Shown piece by piece: positions 18,922 to 28,869 of a stretch of DNA of 64,000 bases (within the stretch, counting starts at the first letter, position 1; each line of letters begins with the position of its first letter). Source of the DNA: a virus (taxonomy: Duplodnaviria > Caudoviricetes); the IMG/VR virus record IMGVR_UViG_3300048861_000178, positions 64,001-128,000 of that record. The stretch is one strand, 5' to 3'. The translations under genes were made by a program, and so were the position numbers. The notes below the pieces were generated by a model. The model searched no databases. It saw only the letters and a program-made list of their open reading frames with translations, and was not told where the DNA came from.

Positions 18922-19980
18922 ATGTCGGCAGGATCACGTAAGAAACACAGCAACGGCCACAAGCAGTATCAAGGCGGCACTCAGGACCATCTGGAAGTCG
19001 AGTCTTTGCTCGCCGGGGCAGGCAATGGTCGGGACATCGAAGAACGTCTGAACGCTGGCTTGAAGGCAACCGAAGTTCTGGACCTGAGCGCAGAGCAACG
19101 TCTGGACAAGGCTATCGACGGCGCCACCAATTTGCCGACCAATGAACAGGGTCAGGTCAATGCCGACGATCTGGTGAAGGCCGGGAACGAGCTGAATGCC
19201 GCGCTGAAGGAAGTGGCTCGGCGTCCGGAAGCAGGTCCGGCACCTGCGGCAGAAGGTGTGGCATGGGTCAAGAAAGACGCACCCGAAGACGGTGTAATGG
19301 GCGGTGTACCGGGTTTCGGTATTGGCAATGAAGGTCCGGTCACTGCAGGCAACGCAGATACCGAGAAGCAACCGGAAGGCCTTACACCCCGGAAAGTCTA
19401 CGAGGGGCGCAACATCGTTGCCGTGGTGGTGCGCGGCGTGCGTGACGCGCTCTTCACCGCGAAGTTCAACGCGGAGCTGAAAGACCTGATCGAATTTCAG
19501 TCGTTTCGTATCAAGGGCTTGCGTACGGGCTTTAAGGTCGGCGACATCTCGAAGACGCAAGTGCGCGTCATTCAAGCTGACTCGCAAGTCCAGCTCAGCT
19601 GGCTCGAGCGCGAAGGGCGCCACATCGACACCCTCATGCATCAGTGGGGGGACCGCTACAACGACTACCTGCTCGACGCTGAGCAAGCAAAAGACAATCG
19701 CGCTTACAAGGCGAAGATCGCGCAGGAAGACGTGACGATCGACGTCGTGTTCTTCGAGCCTGATCCGCAGCACCGTACGGTGCTCGCGGCGTGGAAGGGC
19801 GTGAATCTGTATCCGGCTCTTTATCTCGGACTGGATTCGATGCGCGATACGAACGGCTGTGCATACGGCGACCAGGCTGTTTCGGCGCATTTCGCGGGCA
19901 CCTACGTGCGCGGTAGCAACGTCATGGAAGAAGCGCAGAAGTTGCTGGATGGCATTGCGTGCCCTGTGGCTGAATGCTAA
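18922..19980 (+). CDS. Second tail-tube-like paralogue with low-complexity N-terminal extension
   Basis: VYEGRNIVAVV, TIDVVFFEPDP..VLAAW..NLYP, RD, AQKLLDG; aligns by eye with 18210..18917. Confidence 0.6.
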   Translation: MSAGSRKKHSNGHKQYQGGTQDHLEVESLLAGAGNGRDIEERLNAGLKATEVLDLSAEQRLDKAIDGATNLPTNEQGQVNADDLVKAGNELNAALKEVARRPEAGPAPAAEGVAWVKKDAPEDGVMGGVPGFGIGNEGPVTAGNADTEKQPEGLTPRKVYEGRNIVAVVVRGVRDALFTAKFNAELKDLIEFQSFRIKGLRTGFKVGDISKTQVRVIQADSQVQLSWLEREGRHIDTLMHQWGDRYNDYLLDAEQAKDNRAYKAKIAQEDVTIDVVFFEPDPQHRTVLAAWKGVNLYPALYLGLDSMRDTNGCAYGDQAVSAHFAGTYVRGSNVMEEAQKLLDGIACPVAEC

Positions 19981-20114
19981 AGCTCGGCGTCATAAGCGCA
20001 GTGATGGTCCTCGCGGGCCTCACTGCGATCGGTGTAGTAGGGTGGGAGGTGGTCGAAGGTACGGCTCACTTCTTTCGTTTTAGCATGACGGGTCTCGGCT
20101 CGTTGCTGCGGTAG
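19974..20114 (+). CDS. Small membrane protein (46 aa, not in ORF track)
   Basis: MLKLGVISAVMVLAGLTAIGVVGW...; overlaps the upstream stop. Confidence 0.55.
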   Translation: MLKLGVISAVMVLAGLTAIGVVGWEVVEGTAHFFRFSMTGLGSLLR

Positions 20115-20150
20115 CTATGAGGTGAAACCTTCTTCAAACCAGGAGGGGCA

Positions 20151-20399
20151 ATGTATCAGCATGACGTGTTGGTGCAGATCGGCAGTCTCTGGTTTACGCT
20201 GGTGTTTTTCCTTGTATTGTATTGCCTCTGGCGCTGGTTAGTTTTACGTTCCCGGCGTCTTCAGGGTAGGATCAGCTATCGTCGCTACGAGATGTATATA
20301 CAGCAACTGCACCGACGCAGCCGCTGGGTGCTCGTCGCTTCTTTGCTCGTTGTGACGTTTCTCTACGCAGTGATTACCGAACTCAATTCAAAGGGGTAG
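20151..20399 (+). CDS. Small two-TM membrane protein
   Basis: AGGAGG RBS; two hydrophobic helices. Confidence 0.7.
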   Translation: MYQHDVLVQIGSLWFTLVFFLVLYCLWRWLVLRSRRLQGRISYRRYEMYIQQLHRRSRWVLVASLLVVTFLYAVITELNSKG

Positions 20400-20401
20400 G
20401 C

Positions 20402-20725
20402 ATGGCATTTGAACAACCGAAGAGCAGCGAGAACCGTGATGGGTTCTGCTTCGACACCCTTCTCGCGCTGGCTAAAGACGGTCCGTGCTGGGATGGGGAT
20501 GTGCCGTCAAAGTCTGGCCGCAATGACCTGATCGAACACGGCATGGCGATCCGGGTGGTCGTCAAGGGTGAAGATGGTTTCACGGCACTCACCTACAAGG
20601 GGCGTGACTTCTTCGTGAAGTACATGGAGTGCGACACCCTCAAGCAGGCACTCGAGAAGCAGCGCCAGAGCTTTATCAAGGGCTGGCGCGAGCGTAACGA
20701 ACTCACGGATATTGCGGTCAATTAA
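20402..20725 (+). CDS. Conserved phage protein, possible winged helix
   Basis: GPCWDGDVPSKSGRNDLIEHG..LTYKG. Confidence 0.7.
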   Translation: MAFEQPKSSENRDGFCFDTLLALAKDGPCWDGDVPSKSGRNDLIEHGMAIRVVVKGEDGFTALTYKGRDFFVKYMECDTLKQALEKQRQSFIKGWRERNELTDIAVN

Positions 20726-20796
20726 CCTTCCACTCAGATACCACATTCTGTGAGGAACATGCACGGCGTTTGTAGGAGTTCGACAGACGACTGGGC

Positions 20797-20865
20797 TTTT
20801 TAGCGTGAGCAGGGGTTGCCTAGTCAGGCTGCCTCCTGCTTTCGCTAGAAAATCTATTTATGCCG
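20797..20865 (+). terminator. Long imperfect hairpin with TATGCCG tail
   Basis: TTTTTAGCG-TG-AGCAGG-GGTTGCCT-AGTC-AGGCTGCC-T-CCTGCT-TT-CGCTAGAAAA. Confidence 0.6.
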
Positions 20866-20961
20866 TTGTTCCGTTAGGGAATAGATGAGCCATGTCTAGT
20901 AAATTCTATCCAGACGCGGCATTTTGTAGAAGAGTAAGACCCTTATAACCGACAAGAAACC

Positions 20962-21609
20962 ATGGCCGCTAATCACGGGGCACGTAATACGCACGGGATG
21001 TCACGAGACCGACTGTACTGGCGCTGGATGGGGATTCACGCCAAGTGCTACCGTGAAGACAATCAAAGCTACAAGCGCTACGGTGCGAGGGGAATTAGTG
21101 TTGAGTGGGTGTGGCATCGGGATAACAACCTCGGGCTGCAGAACTTCCTCAACTGGCTGAGCGAGAAATTGCAAGAACAGGGTAATCCTGAGAAGTACGC
21201 AGTTGTGCTAGATGATCAGACGAAGAACTTCGGACCAGGCAACTGCTTGGTGCGCAGTCACCAATTCGCTATCCAGCGGCGCGAGCACAATGCGTTCAGT
21301 CCTGCTAAGGTGCTCGAGATGCGCCAGTACAAACGAGCGCAGCCGGAGGCCACACTGGAGCAGATGGCTGAACTATTCGGGGGGTCCGTTTCAAGCGTCT
21401 CACGAGTACTGTCAGGCGTAGATTACGCCAACCTGAATGAGATTGCACCACCCATTGACGTCGACCAAATAAGAAAGGGGATTAAAGCGACGCACGGAAA
21501 ACGCCGTAAGGCGAAGAAGCCTGCCCAAGAAAAGAAACCTGATCCCAACCCACCGACGACCGTTCGCCGTCTATACCGAAGCGGACAACTCCTGGTAGTA
21601 ATTGAATAA
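20962..21609 (+). CDS. Degenerate HNH homing-endonuclease-like protein with C-terminal HTH
   Basis: THGMS.DRLY.RW..I..KC..YKRYGARGISV; the usual IDRIDN..Y.PGNCRW segment is degraded; TLEQMAELFGGSVSSVSRVLSG HTH. Confidence 0.7.
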   Translation: MAANHGARNTHGMSRDRLYWRWMGIHAKCYREDNQSYKRYGARGISVEWVWHRDNNLGLQNFLNWLSEKLQEQGNPEKYAVVLDDQTKNFGPGNCLVRSHQFAIQRREHNAFSPAKVLEMRQYKRAQPEATLEQMAELFGGSVSSVSRVLSGVDYANLNEIAPPIDVDQIRKGIKATHGKRRKAKKPAQEKKPDPNPPTTVRRLYRSGQLLVVIE

Positions 21610-21631
21610 GCATCTTTTCGGGGATAACAAG

Positions 21632-22315
21632 ATGTTTGGCTTCTTTGTGTGGTTTCGTGTAGCAGTAGTAGTTGTAACCGTGTGGATGTTGGTCAGTGCG
21701 CGGGTGTCGCACCCGAGCCACCTCCTCACTTTCTTGGCAGGCATGGCGCTGCTCAGTCTTCTCTCCGATGAGAAGCTCAAGCAGTGGTTCGTTCTACCCG
21801 AACCGCCCCGTGCTGTCAAGGTTCCCGATCATGATGGCGCCTCGCCCGGTCTGGAATGTTTGATTGGTAGTCCGGACGAGTTCAAGGAACATCGCGCGGA
21901 CCCGTACGACGAAGAGCGCATTGTGGGCTCCGCAGTGCTGCACTATGGTACGGGTCAGATCTGGGCAGTCGAGGCACCTGGGCGCCATCATCACGTCCTG
22001 TGGGCCATGGATATGCTGAAGGTCCCGCCAGTGTATCACCGAGACCAGGGCTTTCTCACGAATTGGGGACGTTACGTCGACCGGAAAGAAGCAGCATTGA
22101 TCGCCGCCGCGGCGAATCAGTTGCTCGATAAACAATTTACTCCGCCCGAACTTTATAGCGAAGACGTTTGGGTGACACCCCCGTGGGAGAACAAGCATGA
22201 CGGCAGTAGCGGTACCGAAGGACTACACCAGCCCGCAGTGGGACAGGACGATGGAGCATGGGGACTGGAAGAACTACATCAACGAGGGGCTTCAGAAGGT
22301 CTGGGCGTCGTTTAA
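21632..22315 (+). CDS. Membrane-anchored conserved phage protein
   Basis: Two TM segments, then RHHH..QGFLTNWGRYVDRKEA..LYSEDVW. Confidence 0.65.
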   Translation: MFGFFVWFRVAVVVVTVWMLVSARVSHPSHLLTFLAGMALLSLLSDEKLKQWFVLPEPPRAVKVPDHDGASPGLECLIGSPDEFKEHRADPYDEERIVGSAVLHYGTGQIWAVEAPGRHHHVLWAMDMLKVPPVYHRDQGFLTNWGRYVDRKEAALIAAAANQLLDKQFTPPELYSEDVWVTPPWENKHDGSSGTEGLHQPAVGQDDGAWGLEELHQRGASEGLGVV

Positions 22316-22397
22316 CGCTGCGCAACAGATGCTGATCGCTGTGAACGCGCAAGAACAAGCGGACGCCCTCAGCGGCGCGGCATTCAAACGGGGATAA
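22197..22397 (+). CDS. Small phage protein
   Basis: GGAG RBS; PQW..DWKNY..W.SF pattern. Confidence 0.6.
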   Translation: MTAVAVPKDYTSPQWDRTMEHGDWKNYINEGLQKVWASFNAAQQMLIAVNAQEQADALSGAAFKRG

Positions 22398-22400
22398 GAA

Positions 22401-22730
22401 GTGACGAAGCTTTTGAGTAAAGTGCTTTCCCAAGAGGAAGCCGATGCTTTTGCTGAGACGGCGGTGCGCACCAAAGCCCGCGAACTGCTGGAGCTCGCTG
22501 ACGCGCTCGGTCTGAAAGTCACGATCGATCTCGTGCCGAACCAGCCGCTTTCGACCGCGGATGTGAAACCCCGTGTGGAGTTGCGGCGCAAGCGTATCCT
22601 GCTCGATAAGGGTGCGTACCTTTTCACTGATCCGGATGTGATCAAGAAGGTCGTGACCAAAGCGTTCCCGATCGATCAGTTGCAGCACGTCGCCTTCAAG
22701 ACGGAAATGAAGCTGAAGCGCGAGCAATAA
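22401..22730 (+). CDS. Hypothetical protein
   Basis: 109 aa, followed by a hairpin at 22737-22758. Confidence 0.65.
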   Translation: MTKLLSKVLSQEEADAFAETAVRTKARELLELADALGLKVTIDLVPNQPLSTADVKPRVELRRKRILLDKGAYLFTDPDVIKKVVTKAFPIDQLQHVAFKTEMKLKREQ

Positions 22731-22787
22731 CACGTACCCAGGGGCTACGGTCCCTGGGACAAGACCACGACTTTTTTTGGCATTACC

Positions 22788-23978
22788 ATGACTTACAGCG
22801 AAATGGTGGGACAACTCAAAAGCACCATCGAAGAAGATGGCCATAGCGCCTCGGCGATGGTGACACTAGAGCTTATCGGGCTTCTGCAAAGCAGCATGAA
22901 GAAACCCGAACCGCAGTTGGAGAGTTTGGCCAAGTCGCTGAATAGCCATATCGTCGCCATGGCACAGCACAAGTGGAGTGTGGCGAAGTACTTCTCGGGG
23001 CGCGGCCCGATTGCCAACAAGCTGCGCGATTATGCCGCCATCAGTCGTCACTTCTCGATGGGCATTTTCAAGCTCGAAGACAAGCTGAAGAAGTTTGACT
23101 TCCAGCCACTGACCGACGATGCGGATCGCGCCAAGGCGTTTCGGGCCTGGCTCGAAGAAGTGGCGATGAACGCGTTCGGCACTTACCACGACATTCAGCT
23201 GCCGCTGCCGTACAACCCCGGTATCGAAGTGGGCCTGCCCTCAGGCATCCACCGTACGAACCCTGAGTCGTACGTAGCCGGAGCGGAGAGCCCGCAGTGG
23301 CTGGTACTGGCTGCTGACCTCGAGAACGGCCTGAAGGCCCGCTACATCGTGCGACGCGACCATCGCGCTGTCTTGTTGTACTGGCACCCGCATGAAGAAG
23401 TTTGGCTGGCCGATGCGGGTGAGGTGATCTTCCCTGGTGTGCTCGAAGCGTTTGCTGCCGAGTGGGAGAAGCTTGCCAACAAGAGCGGCTACACCGCCGA
23501 GAAGCCCGTGGATGTCGAGGCGAACCTCGCTGAGCTGCACACGAAGATGAATCAGCTCTTCGATGCAGAAGAGAAGCTCCCCGATGTCACGCAGCACTAT
23601 GTCCGCAACGACGACGGCATGTCTTCTTTTATCCGGCTCCAGATTGAAGACTACCTGCTCACCTTCATGAACACGAAGGGCCAGTGGGCAAGCCGCAATA
23701 TCTTGCTCTCAGTCGGCGGGGCAGGACCGTACGACATGCGTGTCCAGTGGAGTGATCTGCGTGAATTCACCCGCCAGGAAATCTTCAAGCAAGCGCATCT
23801 GGTGCTCGACGGGCTGATTCAGCAGTACATCAACCTGCCGGAAGAACCCCCGGCTTTGCCTGATGCACCTGAGCAGGCTGACACCGTGGCTGAAGTGCAG
23901 GCGCAGCTCGCCTCAGAAACCCCGGACTACACCCCGGTGTATGTGAAGCTGCGGCGCCAAGCGAAGAAGGAGAAGTAA
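22788..23978 (+). CDS. Hypothetical protein
   Basis: 396 aa ORF. Confidence 0.8.
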   Translation: MTYSEMVGQLKSTIEEDGHSASAMVTLELIGLLQSSMKKPEPQLESLAKSLNSHIVAMAQHKWSVAKYFSGRGPIANKLRDYAAISRHFSMGIFKLEDKLKKFDFQPLTDDADRAKAFRAWLEEVAMNAFGTYHDIQLPLPYNPGIEVGLPSGIHRTNPESYVAGAESPQWLVLAADLENGLKARYIVRRDHRAVLLYWHPHEEVWLADAGEVIFPGVLEAFAAEWEKLANKSGYTAEKPVDVEANLAELHTKMNQLFDAEEKLPDVTQHYVRNDDGMSSFIRLQIEDYLLTFMNTKGQWASRNILLSVGGAGPYDMRVQWSDLREFTRQEIFKQAHLVLDGLIQQYINLPEEPPALPDAPEQADTVAEVQAQLASETPDYTPVYVKLRRQAKKEK

Positions 23979-24328
23979 TGCTCCCCTTCTTCCATCACTC
24001 CGCAGCTACTCTCCTGTACTTGTTGATCTTCGGCCACTTTGTGGCTGACTATCCGCTGCAGGGACCGTACCTCAGTGAAGCGAAGAATCCCGATAGTGCG
24101 TTGGGTCAGAACGGCGTGTGGAAACATGCGCTGTTCGCCCATGCGTACATTCAGTCCGGATTCGTGTTCCTCTTTACCGGCTCGATGCTGTGCGCAGTGA
24201 TTGAGTTGGTGGCACACACGTGGATCGATTACGGCAAGTGCAAGAAGTATATCACCTACAACACCGACCAGGCGCTACACATCGCCTGCAAGGTCCTTTA
24301 CCTCTTTGTGGTGTTTGGTCAGTTATGA
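23978..24328 (+). CDS. DUF3307 membrane protein
   Basis: HFVADYPLQ, AH, HTWIDYGK, DQALH. Confidence 0.8.
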   Translation: MLPFFHHSAATLLYLLIFGHFVADYPLQGPYLSEAKNPDSALGQNGVWKHALFAHAYIQSGFVFLFTGSMLCAVIELVAHTWIDYGKCKKYITYNTDQALHIACKVLYLFVVFGQL

Positions 24329-25044
24329 ACTCCCAACTCAAGGTCTACGATGTCGATCCGGTGTTCGGACGGCATGCGAAAGACAGCAAGATTACTGCCC
24401 CCATGCGGGTCGGTTACACGACCTTTCGTCCCGGTATTGCCGTGACGACGGTGCTCGATGCGGCGGCGCGCCGTTACGAGATGTCGATGGATGCGGATGA
24501 CGCCATTGCGGTGGCAGATAAGATCAGCTTTGAGCGACTGCAAGAGCTCGATGAACTGATCCCGCAAACGGGTCGTGAATTCGTGCCCTACACCTCGTAT
24601 CTGAGCCTGCAGCGTGAGCTCGCTGATTATCAGTTGCAGGTGTTACAGATGCAGCGTGTCCCGGTGCCTTCGTTTCAGCACCGTGTGTGGGAGTGGTTCA
24701 AGTCCTGTTTCGGTCCGGCGGGTATCAAGGACAAACTGCAGCGCTACTTCCGCTTTTACGAGGAGGCCACGGAGCTGGTGCAGGCCGGTGGCATGAGTCG
24801 TCAAGAAGCGCACCGTATGGTCGATAGCGTTTACGACAAAGCACCGGGTAAGGTCTATCAAGAAGTGGGCGGCGTGGCCACCACCTTTGCGATGGTCTGT
24901 AACGCTGAAGGACTCGACCTGGACAATACGGCTGACACTGAGCTCGCGCGTGTGTGGGATAAGCAGGACGAAATCCGCGAAAAGCAAAAGCACAAGCTGC
25001 ATCCGAAGTCGGGACCGACGCCGCGCCTCTACGCGGACGACTAG
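24325..25044 (+). CDS. Protein with MazG-like (all-alpha NTP pyrophosphatase) domain
   Basis: FQHRVWEWFKSCFG..RFYEEATELVQA..QEVGGV. Confidence 0.6.
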   Translation: MNSQLKVYDVDPVFGRHAKDSKITAPMRVGYTTFRPGIAVTTVLDAAARRYEMSMDADDAIAVADKISFERLQELDELIPQTGREFVPYTSYLSLQRELADYQLQVLQMQRVPVPSFQHRVWEWFKSCFGPAGIKDKLQRYFRFYEEATELVQAGGMSRQEAHRMVDSVYDKAPGKVYQEVGGVATTFAMVCNAEGLDLDNTADTELARVWDKQDEIREKQKHKLHPKSGPTPRLYADD

Positions 25045-25106
25045 GCAAAGTTCACTCGCGCAACTCATCTCTTGCAGAGTGAAATCAACAATTAAAAACA
25101 AGGACT

Positions 25107-25517
25107 ATGGCCATGGAGTTGGTGTACTTGCGGTTTGGCACGCTGCCCATCGGGGGTAAGAGCTATAACCGGGAAAAGAAGAAACACGAGGCGGGCGTGG
25201 GGGTCTGGGAAGCGATTCAGGAAGGCGGCACGGAAACGAGTCGGCCGCTGTATCGCATCTTGTTGCCGCGTTTGAAGCGCGAGGAATGGCAAGCGGCGAT
25301 GGTGGAGCTGCACGCGTCGCATGGCAAGCCCTGCTTCTTGGTGACAGGCAAGGTCCTGCCGAAACTGGGGAGCTTTGGCGAGACGCTGCTCACTGACGTG
25401 AAGATCGTCGACGAAGTCAATCCGTGCGCTGGTCGTAACTGGCGCGAACTGCTCGATCGTCCGCTGGATGCGGAAGCTGAGTCGGGCGAATACGAGCATG
25501 AAGGAGCAGGCGAGTAA
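25107..25517 (+). CDS. Hypothetical protein
   Basis: AAGGA RBS; YLRFG.LP..KSYN..EAGVGVW. Confidence 0.75.
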   Translation: MAMELVYLRFGTLPIGGKSYNREKKKHEAGVGVWEAIQEGGTETSRPLYRILLPRLKREEWQAAMVELHASHGKPCFLVTGKVLPKLGSFGETLLTDVKIVDEVNPCAGRNWRELLDRPLDAEAESGEYEHEGAGE

Positions 25518-25518
25518 C

Positions 25519-26004
25519 ATGGAATTTCACCTCATTCCCAGGTACCGTTCGACCAACGTTATCGAAGCACTGAAGATCAAGGAAGTGCATCACTCTATCA
25601 AAGCCGGAGCGAAGGTCGTGACCATCGTGCCGGAAGACGAACGCTTCAAACCGTTCGACGCCTTGAAGGATTCGTTCGTGTGTGGCAGTTTCGAGCCGGG
25701 TGAATATTGGACGCGCGGCGAGGATGGTCAAATCTCGGCCCTTCCGGCCAGTCTCGTCGAAAAGCACTACCAACCGGCGACTGAGCTCACACCGGAACTG
25801 CTCAAGCGCATGCGTAGCGTCGTCGCGAAGGATCTCGTCTCCGACGAAGAAATCAGCCGTCTGAACCAGATGGTGCTCACCGAACTCCACGAGGAAAACC
25901 GTGGCGTGATCGGTGGTCCGGACGTGATTCACATGCAGCATCCGGCGCGCCTCGCTGAAGCCGTCACCGAGATGGTGCTCAACAAGCTGGCGGCGATGGC
26001 ATGA
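25519..26004 (+). CDS. Hypothetical phage protein (PGxY..DG type)
   Basis: RYRS..IEALKI..PGEYWTRGEDG..EKHY. Confidence 0.7.
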   Translation: MEFHLIPRYRSTNVIEALKIKEVHHSIKAGAKVVTIVPEDERFKPFDALKDSFVCGSFEPGEYWTRGEDGQISALPASLVEKHYQPATELTPELLKRMRSVVAKDLVSDEEISRLNQMVLTELHEENRGVIGGPDVIHMQHPARLAEAVTEMVLNKLAAMA

Positions 26005-26444
26005 TCGTCTACGAGCGCGCGAACCGCTTGGTCGATACGTTAAACGCGTCCAAGCTACTCGATGGCATGGACGCGCTCTATCCGGACTTCGGCTACTGGT
26101 TCACCAACAAAGTCATGCCGGGCCTACTCGTGGGCAAAGACATTCTGCTGCTGGCCAAGGACAAACACCAAGTGATCGGTGTCGCCTTAGGCAAGCGCAA
26201 TGCCCACGAGACGAAGCTGCGCTGTGTGCGGGTGTTGCCGGAATACCAGAAGCGGGGCACCGGGATTCATCTCGTTGAAAAGATGCTCGTTCAATTGAAC
26301 GACGACAAGCCGAGCTGTACCGTGGCTGAAGAGATGTTTCACCAGTTCTCCCGACCGTTTATCAATCTGTTCGATTTCGATCTGACCAAAGTCGAAAAAG
26401 GCATGTACCGTCCGGGGAAGCTCGAGTACGTGTTTAATCAATAG
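26001..26444 (+). CDS. GNAT family acetyltransferase
   Basis: Motif A VRVLPEYQKRGTGIHL; LYPDF..WF. Confidence 0.85.
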   Translation: MIVYERANRLVDTLNASKLLDGMDALYPDFGYWFTNKVMPGLLVGKDILLLAKDKHQVIGVALGKRNAHETKLRCVRVLPEYQKRGTGIHLVEKMLVQLNDDKPSCTVAEEMFHQFSRPFINLFDFDLTKVEKGMYRPGKLEYVFNQ

Positions 26445-26453
26445 GGATGCGTC

Positions 26454-26741
26454 GTGGACACACCGGTCAAGTTGCTGACCATCGGGGACGTGTGTCGCTT
26501 GACCAAAAAGAGCCGGGAGAAGATCGAGCTCTATTTGAGGCGACCAGAGAAGGCACCGGTGCCCTTTCCCCTACCCGTGGTGGTAGAAGGTAAGGAGCGC
26601 TGGTGGGACCGCAAAGCGATTAGGCGTTGGGCAACGTGTTATGCGCAGTATCGGAGCATTGTGAACTTACGCGTGCGGGGCAATACGCGCGTACTGCATA
26701 CACTTCCGAGCGCACGGATCAAAGAGACTGATCCAAAATAA
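26454..26741 (+). CDS. AlpA/excisionase-like HTH protein
   Basis: LLTIGDVCRLT..FPLPV..RWW..I..W. Confidence 0.65.
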   Translation: MDTPVKLLTIGDVCRLTKKSREKIELYLRRPEKAPVPFPLPVVVEGKERWWDRKAIRRWATCYAQYRSIVNLRVRGNTRVLHTLPSARIKETDPK

Positions 26742-26767
26742 TTTCAGACCTATATAACAAAGGTGAG
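26742..26767 (+). promoter_or_regulatory. Putative phage early promoter (TATATAAC)
   Basis: TTTCAGACCTATATAACAAAGGTGAG; near-identical to the 42598 site; resembles the phiKZ early consensus TATATTAC. Confidence 0.65.
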
Positions 26768-26818
26768 TTGGAAACAATACCAGCTTAATCCACTTCACCA
26801 ACGGAAAATACAATTATC

Positions 26819-28858
26819 ATGAAATCGAATTCGATCAAGAAGAATGCCCTCCTCATCGCTTTGCTCGCTTCTGTCTCGGTTGGCGCTTATGCCAACTGCG
26901 GAAACGGCTCCAACGGTAACGGTAACGGCTGCGGCGAAGGTCAAGTCGGCCCGCAAGGTCCGCAAGGCCCCGCAGGTGCCAACGGCAAGGACGGCGCGTC
27001 GGTTACTGGCGTGAACATCAGCGGTTCGACGGTGACGACCACGCTGTCGAACGGCACATCGGTACAAGGTTCCGTTTCGGGTCTGGCCACCTCGGCTCAG
27101 CTGAACAGTACCAACCAGATCGTGTCGCAACTGCAGCAGACCACCCAGCAACAAGGCTCGGCGATCAACAACCTGCAGGTGAACAGCGCCACGCATCAGG
27201 AAGTGACCGACACCGCCGCAGGCACGCTGGCTGCAGCGAACGTGCATACCGACGCTTCGGTGGCGGCGGAAGCAAGCCGTGCCAAAGGCGCGGAAGCCAA
27301 CCTGCAGTCGCAAGTAAATGGTGTGTCGAGCACGGCTAACCAAGCCTTGTCGAACTCGCAAGCCGCGCAAGCAACGGCCGGTCAAGCGAAGTCGATCGCG
27401 CAAGGTGCAGACGCCAAGGCCAATACGGCAATCGGCATTGCCACCGGCGCCGCTATCACGGCAACGGGTGCAGCCATCGTCGCGGGTCACGCTGAAGGTG
27501 TCGCTGAAGGTGCAGCAGCTCTTGCACAATCGGCTACGGCTACGGCAAACACCGCCAATGCGAAGGCCGACGCCAACGCAACGGCGATCAGCAAGGAAAC
27601 CACCCGTGCGACCACCGCAGAAGCAGGTCTGCAAACCGGTGTGAACAAGGCGCAAGCGACGGCAGACGCAGCGGGTAAAGCCGCTTCGCATGCACAAGGT
27701 ACGGCAGATGCCGCCCTGGTCGTCGGTAGTGCAGCACTCGGTCTGGCAGGTAAGGCCGAAGGCGACGCACAGCACGCTCAGTCGACCGCGAACACGGCGC
27801 TGAATCAGTCCAAGCAAAACAGCTCGGCGATCTCGGACCTGCAAGCGAACAGCGCAACCCACGCTGAAGTTGCGACCGCCACGCAAACGGCGATCGACAC
27901 GTCGATGGACTACACCAACAACGTCGCGCACGATTTGCAAGCCCAGCAACAAGCCGGTGATGCGGCTACCCTGAGCGCCGCTAACGCGAACGCAGCAGCA
28001 GGGGATGCGAAGACGCTGAAGTCGGCGAACTCGCACGCAGATGCGGCCGCAGCCGCAGCTTACGTCGGTGCAGTGGCTACGTCGGGTGCTTACACCGACT
28101 ACGTCGCAGGCAAGACGCTTAACTCGGCCAAGGGCTACACCGACAAGCAAGTCGGCGCAGAATCGAGCCGTGCCCAAGCTGCCGAAAGCACGTTGCAGTC
28201 CAACATCAATACGGAGTCGAATCGCGCCCAGACTGCGGAAGCAGGCCTGAACACGAAGATCGACAACGAAACGACGCGGGCAACGACGGCCGAAGCAGGC
28301 CTGCAAAAGCAGATCACGGGCAACACCTCGTCGATCAACAACCTGAGCAACTGGGCCAAGACCGTGAACAACGGTGCAGTCGGCGCAAATGCCCAGGTCT
28401 CGTCGAACAACTCGGTGGCGCTCGGTGCGAACTCGGTGGCTGATCGCGACAACACGGTATCGGTGGGTTCCGCCGGTAACGAACGTCAGATCACCAACGT
28501 GGCGGCTGGTACGGCGCCGACTGACGCAGCGAACGTGGGTCAAGTGAACTACGCGCAGCAACAGTCGTACGCTTACACCGATCGCGCGGTTGCGAACCTG
28601 CAGAACCAGTTCGACAGCTACAAGAAGGACACCTACGGTGGCCTCGCTTCGGTGCTGGCGATTGCTGGTCTGCCGCAACCGACGCAAGCAGGCAAGTCGA
28701 TGATCTCCGCCGCGGTGTCGAACTACCATGGCCAACAAGGCGTGGCAATCGGCGTCTCGACGGTGACGGGCAACAACCGCTGGGTCATCAAGGCAGGCGT
28801 GTCCACCAGCAGCCGCGGCGACGTGGCAGCAGTGGGTTCGGCTGGCTTCCAGTTCTAA
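26819..28858 (+). CDS. Trimeric autotransporter adhesin (YadA-like)
   Basis: Signal peptide, short collagen GPQ repeat, Ala-rich coiled-coil stalk, [11 protein letters not shown] head motif, [19 protein letters not shown] neck, beta-barrel anchor ending GFQF. Confidence 0.93.
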   Translation: MKSNSIKKNALLIALLASVSVGAYANCGNGSNGNGNGCGEGQVGPQGPQGPAGANGKDGASVTGVNISGSTVTTTLSNGTSVQGSVSGLATSAQLNSTNQIVSQLQQTTQQQGSAINNLQVNSATHQEVTDTAAGTLAAANVHTDASVAAEASRAKGAEANLQSQVNGVSSTANQALSNSQAAQATAGQAKSIAQGADAKANTAIGIATGAAITATGAAIVAGHAEGVAEGAAALAQSATATANTANAKADANATAISKETTRATTAEAGLQTGVNKAQATADAAGKAASHAQGTADAALVVGSAALGLAGKAEGDAQHAQSTANTALNQSKQNSSAISDLQANSATHAEVATATQTAIDTSMDYTNNVAHDLQAQQQAGDAATLSAANANAAAGDAKTLKSANSHADAAAAAAYVGAVATSGAYTDYVAGKTLNSAKGYTDKQVGAESSRAQAAESTLQSNINTESNRAQTAEAGLNTKIDNETTRATTAEAGLQKQITGNTSSINNLSNWAKTVNNGAVGANAQVSSNNSVALGANSVADRDNTVSVGSAGNERQITNVAAGTAPTDAANVGQVNYAQQQSYAYTDRAVANLQNQFDSYKKDTYGGLASVLAIAGLPQPTQAGKSMISAAVSNYHGQQGVAIGVSTVTGNNRWVIKAGVSTSSRGDVAAVGSAGFQF

Positions 28859-28869
28859 GCTGCTTCATG

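Noticed and set aside
25519-26004. Tad2/Acb2-type signal sponge
   Set aside because: Only loose similarity to a domain often fused to such proteins; the diagnostic motifs are absent
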